Below, piece by piece: positions 40,950-50,688 of a DNA stretch of 64,000 nucleotides (its first letter is position 1; each line of letters starts with the position of its first letter). The position numbers and the translations under genes are program-made. Location of the stretch: NCBI GenBank assembly GCA_019058295.1, contig JAHPZI010000021.1, positions 32,001 to 96,000 on the forward strand, in the 5' to 3' direction. Below the pieces are notes generated by a model that worked only from the letters and a program-made list of their open reading frames with translations, made no database searches and was not told the DNA's origin. The DNA is from Promethearchaeota archaeon. GTDB taxonomy: Archaea; Asgardarchaeota; Lokiarchaeia; Sigyniarchaeales; SOKP01.

Positions 40950-41231
40950 TCATGAACATTCTAATTTAAATAATACTGAATAAGTCGGAATATAGAACTT
41001 ATCTTTCTGTTTCACAGCTACGGTATGGAAAAATTCCGCCAATCCTAAAAATCCTTTAATAACTTCCTCAGCTCCCTCAAATTTAAAAGTTACTGTAGCT
41101 ACTGTATTTTTAGTACTAAAATTAACTTTATCATAAACTCGTTCATCAACTAAAGGAATTTTCATCTCACCTGCATTTTCGTACACTTTTTTAATAAAAA
41201 TCTCATTATTTCCCATCTTATCACCTCCCAT
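40950..41231 (-). CDS. Hypothetical protein (likely start at second Met, 41216)
   Basis: GGAGGTGA precedes the second ATG. Confidence 0.7.
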   Translation of the reverse strand: MGGDKMGNNEIFIKKVYENAGEMKIPLVDERVYDKVNFSTKNTVATVTFKFEGAEEVIKGFLGLAEFFHTVAVKQKDKFYIPTYSVLFKLECS

Positions 41232-41272
41232 CTACTTAATATATATTAGAAATCTAATTATTTGGAGAAATT

Positions 41273-41530
41273 TCATTTACTAAGTTCTTTATTTATAATT
41301 TTAATTATTTCATTGCTATATAATTCATGATTTCCAGTAGATTCCATTTTCATTAACAATCTACTGATTTGTCGTTTAGCAATGGGACGGAATCTTTCCA
41401 AATCAATTGAATCTATCTCATTTTTCTTGAGTGAATTTATATCTTCTTTTTTTTTATATTTTAAATGTTCTTGATAAATTTTTCCACGATAATGATATCT
41501 TTTACATTCCATGCAATAATATTTTTCCAT
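41273..41530 (-). CDS. Small zinc-finger-like protein
   Basis: CMEC-x3-H-x8-H pattern. Confidence 0.7.
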   Translation of the reverse strand: MEKYYCMECKRYHYRGKIYQEHLKYKKKEDINSLKKNEIDSIDLERFRPIAKRQISRLLMKMESTGNHELYSNEIIKIINKELSK

Positions 41531-42057
41531 TTTCTTTACTAAATCTTATTGTTAATTTATCTTTTTTATTAATTTTAGATTTTTGATTAATATTATCCAT
41601 GATAAATTATCTATATATATCTAAACTTTCAACTTATGCTTTTCTAATTTTTAGCAATTCATTTAGAATGCAAAGAATTTAGTTTTTCTTCTATTGAGTT
41701 TGTTCCATTAATTATAAAAAATTTTTTTTAAATTAATGGAATAGATAAGATAAAAGGATATTATCCCATAATTACATCTATAATATATAAAGTAATTATT
41801 ATTTTTAATTTTTATTATAAAAATGGTATAATATTTGCATTGTTTAATGAATATATCTTTTAGTTTTCTTTTTTATTTCTATTCTCTTAAATAATGGCTC
41901 GTTGAGCACTGAAATTCTAAGTCTTAATCCAATTTAGTTAATGTCGTTATAAAATTTTTCTTAACAGACAGAATCATTCTAAAGAAAATTTTCCATATTT
42001 GTTTTCTTTATTTTTAAGTGGTAAAATAAAAATTAAAAAAGAATAAATAATTTGAAT

Positions 42058-44031
42058 TTAGATCTTTAGCTTTTTTCGTTCTTCTAATAAATCGTCAACT
42101 ACGGATGGATCGGCTAATGTAGTGACGTTTCCGATATCAGTACCAGAAGCAATAGCTTTAAGAATTCGGCGCATGATTTTCCCACTTCTTGTTTTAGGTA
42201 AGACATCAGCAAATTGAATTATATCTGGTTGGAATACAGGTCCGATTTCTTTTCGGACATGCATTTTTAACTCATTAGCTAACTCATCAGACTTTGAAAC
42301 ACCCTCCATTAGAGTCACGTATGCCCAGATTGCCTGTCCTTTAATTTCATGAGGAAATGGAGCAACTGCAGCTTCAGCGACTTTAGGATGACTTACTATC
42401 GCAGATTCCACTTCCATAGTTCCAATTCTGTGCCCTGATACTTTAATTACGTCATCAAGCCGTCCTAAAATCCAATAATATCCATCTTCATCCCTTCGTG
42501 CACCATCATCAGTATAATAATAACCAGGATATTTCTCCAAGTATGTTCTTTTGAATCGCTCAGTATCACCCCATACATCTCTGAGCATTCCTGGCCATGG
42601 ATTTGGCCCTATTGAGAGATATCCCCCCTCCTCTGGATCAGTCACTTCATCCCCTTCTATATCAAAAATGACTGGATTAATCCCAAAGAAAGGTAAACAA
42701 CACGAGCCTGGTTTTGTAGGTGTAGCAGTGGCAATAGGAGTTAAAAGAAATCCTCCAGTTTCTGTCTGCCAATAAGTATCTATTATTGGGCATCGTTCTT
42801 TTCCAATTATTCTATGATACCATGTCCAAGCTTCAGGATTTATAGGCTCACCAACAGTTCCTAAGACTTTTAATGAACTAAGATCATGACCAAGCACAGG
42901 CTCATCACCATATCTCATAATAGCTCTAATTGCTGTAGGTGCCGTGTAAAAATGAGTAATCTTATAGGTTTCAACCATATCCCAGAATCTAGTAACATCA
43001 GGATATGTAGGAACCCCTTCAAACATTACCGTTGTTGCACCATTTGCTAATGGTCCATAAACAATATAGCTATGACCTGTAATCCAGCCAACATCAGCTG
43101 TGCAAAACCATATATCCCCTTCTTTAATGTTAAATACAACTCGATGTGAAAAGGATGTATAGAGAAGATATCCTGCTGTTGTATGCTTTACACCTTTCGG
43201 TTTTCCAGTTGTTCCACTTGTATAGAGAATAAATAAGGTGTCTTCAGAGTCCATAACTTCTGGTTCACATTCATCACTTATTCCTTCAATGAGGTCATGA
43301 TACCAAATATCTTTATTAGTATGCGGGACTTCATTTCCAGTTCTTTTAACTACAATCACATGTTCTATTGTTGGAACTTCATCAATAATTTGAGCAACAT
43401 CTGCCATTTTTGGATATGTCCTTCCAGCTCTGGCTGTTTCATCACTAGTAAATAAAAGCCTAGAGTTTGAATCACCTATTCTATCTTTTACGGCTTCTTT
43501 GGAAAACCCTCCAAATACAATAGAATGGATGATACCTAGTCGTGCACATGCTAGCATTATAATGGCTAATTCGGGAATCATAGGAAGCCAAATGGTAACC
43601 CTATCTCCTTTCTTCAGCCCTAACTTTTTCATTCCATTAGCAACTTTACAAACTTCACTTTTAAGCTGGTTAAATGTAAATGTTCTTCCCTGCCAAGGTT
43701 CATCTGCTTCCCATATTATTGCTAATTTATCTCCTTTTCCTGCTTTTATATGACGGTCAATGCAATTATAACTCACATTTAGTTTTCCTCCAACAAACCA
43801 TTGACCAGGAAATAAGTCAGTTTTTTGCCAGACTTTTTCATAAGGTTCAAACCAATCTAAAGATTGTGCTTGTTCAGCCCAAAATCCCTCAAAATCTTCT
43901 ACACTTTGTTTCCATAGTTTCTTATATTCATCAAAAGACAATCCAGTTTTGGCAAATTCTGGATTTAACTTTGCTGGGTCAAATACTCTTGTTTCAGTCA
44001 AAACTGTTGCGATTTTTTCTTCTTTCGACAT
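42058..44031 (-). CDS. acs: Acetyl-CoA synthetase (AMP-forming)
   Basis: Motifs YTSGTTGKPKG, WITGHSY, DTYWQTETG and PKTRSGKIMRR. Confidence 0.97.
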   Translation of the reverse strand: MSKEEKIATVLTETRVFDPAKLNPEFAKTGLSFDEYKKLWKQSVEDFEGFWAEQAQSLDWFEPYEKVWQKTDLFPGQWFVGGKLNVSYNCIDRHIKAGKGDKLAIIWEADEPWQGRTFTFNQLKSEVCKVANGMKKLGLKKGDRVTIWLPMIPELAIIMLACARLGIIHSIVFGGFSKEAVKDRIGDSNSRLLFTSDETARAGRTYPKMADVAQIIDEVPTIEHVIVVKRTGNEVPHTNKDIWYHDLIEGISDECEPEVMDSEDTLFILYTSGTTGKPKGVKHTTAGYLLYTSFSHRVVFNIKEGDIWFCTADVGWITGHSYIVYGPLANGATTVMFEGVPTYPDVTRFWDMVETYKITHFYTAPTAIRAIMRYGDEPVLGHDLSSLKVLGTVGEPINPEAWTWYHRIIGKERCPIIDTYWQTETGGFLLTPIATATPTKPGSCCLPFFGINPVIFDIEGDEVTDPEEGGYLSIGPNPWPGMLRDVWGDTERFKRTYLEKYPGYYYTDDGARRDEDGYYWILGRLDDVIKVSGHRIGTMEVESAIVSHPKVAEAAVAPFPHEIKGQAIWAYVTLMEGVSKSDELANELKMHVRKEIGPVFQPDIIQFADVLPKTRSGKIMRRILKAIASGTDIGNVTTLADPSVVDDLLEERKKLKI

Positions 44032-44179
44032 TTAATCTCACTATTTTTCTATCCAATATGAATTAAGATTTCCAATGCAAGTAATATTATAAAACAATTT
44101 AAAGATTTATTTTAAAAATCATAAATATTTAATGAATAAAAGTGTTATATTTATAACAAATAAATAGATACCTTTTTGC

Positions 44180-46084
44180 TTGTTTGATCTGAAGAAAATG
44201 GAAAATATAGAACCTAACTGGAGGGAAAAATGGAAAGACAAGGAAATTACTGCTGAAGAAGCAATTAAAATGATCATTCCGGGAAATAGAGTATTTATTG
44301 GTACTGGGTGTTCAAAACCACAGGCATTAATTACTGAATTAATAAAACAATCTGATTGGCTAATGGACACAGAAATCCTTCACTTCTTAGATATTGGTCC
44401 TGAAAAATATTTTGATAAAAAAGCCGAAGATTTTTTTAGACATAATACACTTTTTATAGGAGCTAATCTACGAGAGGAAATTAACAAAGGAAAGGCAGAT
44501 TATACACCTATTTATGCAAGCGAAATTCCTTCTTTATTTCTTTCTGGACGAAGGCATATTGATATAGCTCTTATTCAAGTAACACCTCCAGATCCTTATG
44601 GATTTTGCTCTTTTGGAATAAATGTGGATATAACAAAACCTATATCTCAATCAGCTTATTTAACTATTGCTGAAATAAATCCTCAAATGCCGAGAACCCT
44701 TGGAGATAGTTTTGTTAATATAAAAAAAATTGATTATTTTGTTTATAATGACACACCCTTAATAGAATATCATTTTGATGAACCTGATGAGATAGCTGAA
44801 AGAATAGGACAAAATGTAGCTAATTTAGTTCAAAATGAATCAACCGTCCATGTAGGTTTTGGAGACTTGCCAAACGCAGCTCTAAAATATCTTAAAGATA
44901 AAAAAGATTTAGGCTTCCATTCTCATTACATTACAGATGAAATCATACCTCTTATTGATGAAGGCGTATTAACTTGTAGAAAAAAGAATATCTTTCCAGG
45001 AAAGATTATTACTAGTTTCGCATTAGGAACTAAAAAATTGTATGATTTTATAAACACAAATCCTTTCATTGAATTCTATCCATCAGATCAGGTTTGTGAT
45101 CCCCGATTTATTGGAAAAAATGATAACTTAGTTTCAATTAATTCTGCTAGACAGATTGATTTAACTGGACAAGTTAATGCTTCAACAGAAGGATATACCT
45201 TTTATTCAGGATTGGGAGAAACTATTGATTTTATGAGAGGTGCTGCGTTTTCTAAAGGAGGCAAACCCATTATAATATTACCCTCAACTACAAGAGATGG
45301 TAAAAAATCCCGAATTGTGCCCCATTTAGATGAAGGTGCTGGAGTAATGTTATCGCGTGGAGATGTCCATTATATTATAACCGAATGGGGTGTTGCACAT
45401 TTGCACGGGAAGACTATACGCGATCGAACCCTTGAACTAATCTGTATAGCGCATCCTAAGTTTAGGCCACAATTATTAGAGGAAGCTAAAAGATTAAATT
45501 ACATTTATTCTGACCAAATGTTATGCTGTGATGAGGATGGAGAGATTTGTATTTACCCAAAACAATACGAGACCTATTTTAGGACTAAACAAAATGATAA
45601 AATTATCATTCGTCCTGTAAAAACTACTGATGAACCTCTTTTAAGAGAGTTATACTATTCATTAGATGAAAAAGATCGATATTTACGATTTTTTGAAATT
45701 AAAAAAGAATTTACTCATTCAAAAACTCAAGGCGAAGTAAATATTGATTACAATAAGGTTTTTTCGATTGGAGCATTTATAGGAGATCTTTCCAATCAAA
45801 AAATGATTGGAAATGCAACATATTATTTTAATCCAAGAAATAACATGGCAGAATTTAGTTTCACCGTAAATAGTGAATGGCGTGGGCATGGTATTGGTTC
45901 CTACCTTTTAAATCACTTAATCATAATTGCTAAAGAGCGTGATATTAAAGGTTTCTACGGAACGATTCATATTCAAAATAAATCTACAATACATCTATTT
46001 CAAAGACTTGGTTATACAAAGGTCACACCACCTGAACCAGGAGAAAATGAACTATTTTTTGAATTATTCTTTGAAAGAGAATAA
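44180..46084 (+). CDS. Acetyl-CoA hydrolase/transferase-like domain fused to C-terminal GNAT acetyltransferase
   Basis: IDLTGQV, DFMRGA and ITEWGVAHL.GK motifs. C-terminal IIRP...D, YLRFF, AEF and WRGHGIG. Confidence 0.9.
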   Translation: MFDLKKMENIEPNWREKWKDKEITAEEAIKMIIPGNRVFIGTGCSKPQALITELIKQSDWLMDTEILHFLDIGPEKYFDKKAEDFFRHNTLFIGANLREEINKGKADYTPIYASEIPSLFLSGRRHIDIALIQVTPPDPYGFCSFGINVDITKPISQSAYLTIAEINPQMPRTLGDSFVNIKKIDYFVYNDTPLIEYHFDEPDEIAERIGQNVANLVQNESTVHVGFGDLPNAALKYLKDKKDLGFHSHYITDEIIPLIDEGVLTCRKKNIFPGKIITSFALGTKKLYDFINTNPFIEFYPSDQVCDPRFIGKNDNLVSINSARQIDLTGQVNASTEGYTFYSGLGETIDFMRGAAFSKGGKPIIILPSTTRDGKKSRIVPHLDEGAGVMLSRGDVHYIITEWGVAHLHGKTIRDRTLELICIAHPKFRPQLLEEAKRLNYIYSDQMLCCDEDGEICIYPKQYETYFRTKQNDKIIIRPVKTTDEPLLRELYYSLDEKDRYLRFFEIKKEFTHSKTQGEVNIDYNKVFSIGAFIGDLSNQKMIGNATYYFNPRNNMAEFSFTVNSEWRGHGIGSYLLNHLIIIAKERDIKGFYGTIHIQNKSTIHLFQRLGYTKVTPPEPGENELFFELFFERE

Positions 46085-46142
46085 TTAATTAATCACTCAA
46101 GATATATGGAAAATAAAGATTATATTTAAGAGGATATTAAAG

Positions 46143-46850
46143 ATGATGAGAAGTAGAGAAGAAGAACACATAGAGGGAGGAGGTCGTATTCGTAGCATTA
46201 TCCTAGGATTAAATGATGGTTTAATTTCAACATTTACTCTTCTAGTTGGTATAGCAGCCGCCACTATTACAAAAGGAAATGCGATTGTATTATTGGCAGG
46301 TATTGCAGCTATGGTCTCAGGGGCAATATCGATGGGGTTAGGAGAATATGTTTCTTCAAAATCAGAGTATAATTATATTAAAAATGAGATGAAGAAAGAA
46401 GCCGCTGAAATCGAATTATTTCCAGATGAAGAAAAACTGGAAGTAAGAGAAATGTTTGAGAATATGGGATTAAAAGGAGATACTTTAAATTCATGTGTAG
46501 ACACGATAACTTCAAATAAAGAAACTTGGCTTAATTTCCTCTTAAAAAGTGAATTAGGATTGGAAGAACCCGAAAATCCCGCATTAGGAGCAATACTAAC
46601 TTTTTTTTCTTTTATTGGCGGTGCATTAATTCCGCTCTCACCATATTTCCTAAACTTAGGAATGATATCATTGATTATAAGTTCAATAATTTCTTTCTCT
46701 ATGCTTGCGATTGTGGGTTCGCTGAAAACAAAAATCACAGGTGAGACGAGGTGGAAAGGTGCTTTAGAAATGATAATTATTGGAACTATTGCTTTTATAT
46801 GTTCTTACTCAATTGGGTTATTGCTTGAGCAGTTCATAGCTGGCTTGTGA
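46143..46850 (+). CDS. VIT1/CCC1 family iron/manganese transporter
   Basis: Motifs ILGLNDGL and GAISMGLGEYVS. Confidence 0.93.
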   Translation: MMRSREEEHIEGGGRIRSIILGLNDGLISTFTLLVGIAAATITKGNAIVLLAGIAAMVSGAISMGLGEYVSSKSEYNYIKNEMKKEAAEIELFPDEEKLEVREMFENMGLKGDTLNSCVDTITSNKETWLNFLLKSELGLEEPENPALGAILTFFSFIGGALIPLSPYFLNLGMISLIISSIISFSMLAIVGSLKTKITGETRWKGALEMIIIGTIAFICSYSIGLLLEQFIAGL

Positions 46851-46856
46851 ATAAAT

Positions 46857-47426
46857 TCAATCAACTTTTTTGAAAAATTTTTGTTCATGATCACAATTAG
46901 GACAAGTTTTTGGAGCTTTTCTTAATTCAACATTTCCACAAATAGTGCATACATATATATCAATTGGTTCAATATTTTCCTTTTTGTCAAGTTTTTTTAG
47001 ATAAGCAATGTATAATTTACTATGAACTATTTCAGCTTTTCTTGCTAAATCAAATGAGAATTCTGCTAGATAAAGATCTCCTTTCTTAGCATCTTTTATA
47101 AAACTTTTATACATTTTTTTGAATTCAAAAGTCTCTCCTGCTATTGCTTGAATAAGGTTATTTCTTGTATCTTGAACTTGTTTTTTTAGCTCTTCTTCAT
47201 TGGTTTTAACGATTTCATTTGCATTAACTTCAGAATTGGTAATTTTTGCAATCGCTTGTATGTGATTTTTTATATGTATACTTTCTGCAGATGAGATCGC
47301 TCTAAATAAATGAGCAATTTCGGAATAATTCTCTTTTTCTGCTTGTTCAGCAAAGAGCTCGTATTTTATCTTAGCATTGGTTTCTCCGTTTATTGCTTCT
47401 TTTAAATTATCTATAATTAATGACAT
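46857..47426 (-). CDS. Rubrerythrin
   Basis: GE...ExxH di-iron motifs and a C-terminal CxxC...CPxC rubredoxin site. Confidence 0.93.
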   Translation of the reverse strand: MSLIIDNLKEAINGETNAKIKYELFAEQAEKENYSEIAHLFRAISSAESIHIKNHIQAIAKITNSEVNANEIVKTNEEELKKQVQDTRNNLIQAIAGETFEFKKMYKSFIKDAKKGDLYLAEFSFDLARKAEIVHSKLYIAYLKKLDKKENIEPIDIYVCTICGNVELRKAPKTCPNCDHEQKFFKKVD

Positions 47427-47589
47427 TTCAATCTAATCGAATTTTTTTTCTGAATTATATTAATTTCTTTTTCTTTTAAGAATTTATTACTATCCTAATA
47501 AAAATTCTTTCAGTGAAAAACCTATTCTTTATAAATAATAAATAAATAATAATATATAATATTCAAAATCAAGTAAACGGAAAAGAAAA

Positions 47590-47655
47590 ATGTTTAGAGA
47601 AAACTTAAAAGATCCTTCATCAGCTTGGTTTTGTTGTTGGCGTTGGCACGCATAG
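47590..47655 (+). CDS. Putative trp leader peptide 1 (MFRENLKDPSSAWFCCWRWHA*)
   Basis: 21-codon ORF with 3 Trp in the last 9 codons, directly upstream of trpD. Homologous to the leader upstream of trpE. Confidence 0.8.
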   Translation: MFRENLKDPSSAWFCCWRWHA

Positions 47656-47758
47656 AGCGTGCGCAATGGCTTTAATTATTTTTAGAATTTCTTGCTTTTT
47701 TCTCTTTATAATTCTTAAAATTTTATGTTTGAATTGTAAAGAATAAAGGGGTTTTCTA
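47638..47758 (+). promoter_or_regulatory. Putative attenuator RNA structure upstream of trpD (stop-codon hairpin plus U-rich second hairpin)
   Basis: GCACGC-ATAGA-GCGTGC hairpin at 47646..47662. 47703..47714 pairs with 47731..47742, with outer TAGAA/TTCTA pairing. Confidence 0.65.
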
Positions 47759-47808
47759 CAATATTAGAAATTCTAAATCTTAAAATTTTAATAAAAAAAA
47801 TAAAAAAA

Positions 47809-48873
47809 TTGAATAGGATGACAGAAGAAAAAATAGTTGATGGTTTGAAAAAAATAACTCAAAAAGTAAGCTTAACAAGTGAAGAAGCAGAAAATATAAT
47901 GAGAGAGATAATGTCTGGTAAGGTACAAGACGCTCAATTAGGAGCATTTTTAACAGGTTTAGCTATGAAAGGAGAATCTGTTGATGAAATCACAGGATTT
48001 GCTCTAATAATGAGAGAATTTGCAAATCAAATTGAACCTAATGTAGAAGGAGATTTATTAGATACTTGTGGAACTGGAGGAGATAAAATTAAAACATTCA
48101 ACATTAGTACAATTTCGGCCTTAGTTGTTGCAGGAGCTGGAATACCTGTTGCAAAACACGGAAATCGAGCTGTAACTGGTACATGTGGTAGTGCAGACTT
48201 ATTGGAGGGGTTAGGGGTGAAAATTGATTTACCTCCTGAAGAAGTTAAAACTTGTATTGAAAAAGTAGGTATTGGATTTATGTTTGCGCCTTTATTTCAT
48301 CCGGCGATGAAATATGCTATGCCTACTAGAAGGGCTTTAAAATTAAGAACTGTGTTTAATATACTTGGACCATTAACAAATCCTGCAAATGCCAAGTGTC
48401 ATGTATTAGGTGTATTTCAAAAAGATTTAACTCCTGTTATGGCCAAGGTACTAAATGGCTTAGGTGCAAAACATGTTTTTACAGTTCATAACTCATATGG
48501 TATTGATGAAGTAGCACCAGTAGGAATAAATTATATCACAGAAGTGAATAATGGAACAATTGAGAGTTATGCAATTACCAATGAAGATTTTGGTATTCCT
48601 GATTGTTCGATAAATGATATATTAGCGGGAAATTTAGAAGAAAATCTTAAAATCGCAGTCAATATCTTAAAAAATAAAGTTATCGATTCAAAATACAACA
48701 CTGTATTAATGAACGCAGCATTAGCTCTTAAAAGTGTAAATAAAGCAAGCGATATCAAAGAAGGAATTGAAATCGCTAAAAATGCTATTGAATCTGGAAG
48801 TGTTTTTGAAAAACTTAAACAATTTATCGAAGTATCTGGCGGAAATCAAGACAAGTTAATGAGTTTATTATAA
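47809..48873 (+). CDS. trpD: Anthranilate phosphoribosyltransferase (likely ATG start at 47818)
   Basis: Motifs DTCGTGGD, NIST, KHGNR and FNILGPLTNP. Confidence 0.97.
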   Translation: MNRMTEEKIVDGLKKITQKVSLTSEEAENIMREIMSGKVQDAQLGAFLTGLAMKGESVDEITGFALIMREFANQIEPNVEGDLLDTCGTGGDKIKTFNISTISALVVAGAGIPVAKHGNRAVTGTCGSADLLEGLGVKIDLPPEEVKTCIEKVGIGFMFAPLFHPAMKYAMPTRRALKLRTVFNILGPLTNPANAKCHVLGVFQKDLTPVMAKVLNGLGAKHVFTVHNSYGIDEVAPVGINYITEVNNGTIESYAITNEDFGIPDCSINDILAGNLEENLKIAVNILKNKVIDSKYNTVLMNAALALKSVNKASDIKEGIEIAKNAIESGSVFEKLKQFIEVSGGNQDKLMSLL

Positions 48874-48883
48874 AAGAAATAGC

Positions 48884-49702
48884 TTGAGATTAATGAGTTC
48901 GAATAAAATAAAAGAAATAGTGGAGCAACGGAAAAAATCTATTCAAAGAGATGTAGATTTCATGAGAGATTTAGGAAGTGAGATTATCAAAAAGAATCGG
49001 GGACCTTTAAGTGAGATTATTAAATATAATCAAGGGATTTCGATTATCTCAGAGATTAAACCAGCCTCTCCTACTTTAGGCGATATTAAAAAGAATATTA
49101 ATGTTAAGGCTATTGCTACAGAAATGGAAAGTGCAGGAGTAATTGGTTTAAGCGTTTTAACTGAACCAAATTATTTTAATGGTTCCTATGAGAATCTCAA
49201 GTTAGCAGTAGAAAGCACGAAATTGCCGTGTTTAATGAAAGATTTTGTTGTTGATGAGATCCAATATAAAATTGCTGCTCAAATAGGAGCAACTAATATT
49301 TTGATTATAAATTCAATTAGCAATTTGGAGGATTCATACCGCAAAGCTTTAGAATATAGCTTAGAACCTCTGATAGAAATCCATGATAGTGAAGAACTCA
49401 ATGATATTCGTCATTTATATGATATAGGTTTAAAGCCTGCATTAATCGGAGTGAATAATCGCAATTTGAAAACATTAAAAATTGATTTAAACACATCAAA
49501 AGTAATCATTCCGAAGTTGAAGGAAGAATTTGGAGATAAAATTCAAATTATTAGTGAAAGTGGAATAAATACAGAAGATGATATTAAGTTTTTACTTCAG
49601 TATAAAGCTAATGCATTTTTAATTGGTTCTTCAATAATGAAATCGAGTAATATAAGAGAAAAAATATTGTCATTAAGAGGTTTAATTAATAAAATAGGTT
49701 GA
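48884..49702 (+). CDS. trpC: Indole-3-glycerol-phosphate synthase
   Basis: Motifs EIKPASP, SVLTEP, KDF, GVNNRNL and SESGI. Confidence 0.95.
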   Translation: MRLMSSNKIKEIVEQRKKSIQRDVDFMRDLGSEIIKKNRGPLSEIIKYNQGISIISEIKPASPTLGDIKKNINVKAIATEMESAGVIGLSVLTEPNYFNGSYENLKLAVESTKLPCLMKDFVVDEIQYKIAAQIGATNILIINSISNLEDSYRKALEYSLEPLIEIHDSEELNDIRHLYDIGLKPALIGVNNRNLKTLKIDLNTSKVIIPKLKEEFGDKIQIISESGINTEDDIKFLLQYKANAFLIGSSIMKSSNIREKILSLRGLINKIG

Positions 49703-49706
49703 GAAA

Positions 49707-50018
49707 ATGGATTATAGAATAGATTTTGAGAAAATTAAATGGAAAGAACCTGCGATTGGTGTAAGATTTAAGTCTTTCATATCCAATAATAAACAAGTAC
49801 GCTTGGTTGAATTTACTGATGAATTTATAGAACCTGATTGGTGTACGAAAGGACATATAGGTTTTGTATTAGAAGGAGAATTAGAAATTAATTTTGATGG
49901 AAAGTTAGTTAAATATGGAGCGGATGATGGTATATTCATTCCTAAAGGACCAGAACATAAACACATGGCAAAATGCATAACTAAAACAGTAAAATTAATC
50001 TTAATAGAAGAAATTTAA
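49707..50018 (+). CDS. Cupin-fold protein (DHCW-cupin-like)
   Basis: WCTKGHIGFVLEGEL...HKH. Confidence 0.8.
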   Translation: MDYRIDFEKIKWKEPAIGVRFKSFISNNKQVRLVEFTDEFIEPDWCTKGHIGFVLEGELEINFDGKLVKYGADDGIFIPKGPEHKHMAKCITKTVKLILIEEI

Positions 50019-50031
50019 AGGTGAAATATAA

Positions 50032-50679
50032 ATGGAGTACATAAAAATATGTGGCTTAAAAGAAATCGAACACATTGAATTATGTAGGGATAATGATGCT
50101 AATGCCGTAGGTTTCATATACAATGTTCCTAGTTCTCCAAGAAATTTGGAAAAATCCAAATTAATGAATCTTTTAAAAGACATTCCTAAGAAATTATTAA
50201 CTGTAATTGTATTTAAACCCCAAAATATCTTAGAATTAGAAAGAGTAATAAATGAAATAGATGTTGATTTATATCAGATTCATAGTAATTTTGAAAATCT
50301 AGAAATGGAAGAAATTCAACCTGAATTGAAAAAAAAGATTATTTTAGCATTACAAGTAAATTCTTCCAATAAAGATGATGTAATTTATAAAATTAATAAA
50401 TATTATGACCAATTTTTTGGTTTTTTAATTGATAATAGTGAAGGTCATGGTACAGAATTTAATTTCAATATCGTTGCAGATATTATAAATAATACCAAAG
50501 GAGCGAGTATAATAGTTGCTGGAGGTATTGATAGTAACAATATTGAAAAGATAATTAGAGATTTAAACCCTTATGGAATTGATATAAGTAGTTCATTAGA
50601 ATCCGAAAAGGGGGTTAAAGATCCATTAAGAATTGAAAATTTTTTAAAAAAAGTAAATGAAATTAAGAAAACATTATGA
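50032..50679 (+). CDS. trpF: Phosphoribosylanthranilate isomerase
   Basis: Motifs IKICG, SPR, QIH, AGG and DISSSLE...KD. Confidence 0.93.
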   Translation: MEYIKICGLKEIEHIELCRDNDANAVGFIYNVPSSPRNLEKSKLMNLLKDIPKKLLTVIVFKPQNILELERVINEIDVDLYQIHSNFENLEMEEIQPELKKKIILALQVNSSNKDDVIYKINKYYDQFFGFLIDNSEGHGTEFNFNIVADIINNTKGASIIVAGGIDSNNIEKIIRDLNPYGIDISSSLESEKGVKDPLRIENFLKKVNEIKKTL

Positions 50680-50688
50680 GGGATAAAA

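Noticed and set aside
41531-42057. ~530-bp AT-rich intergenic region as a possible ncRNA or origin
   Set aside because: No GC-rich structure, ORB-like repeats or ORF was visible.
47646-47662. Palindrome as a simple DNA operator for a Trp repressor
   Set aside because: Not excluded, but less parsimonious. It does not explain the in-frame ATGs and Trp-codon clusters in both copies, or the G-U-compatible stem extensions.
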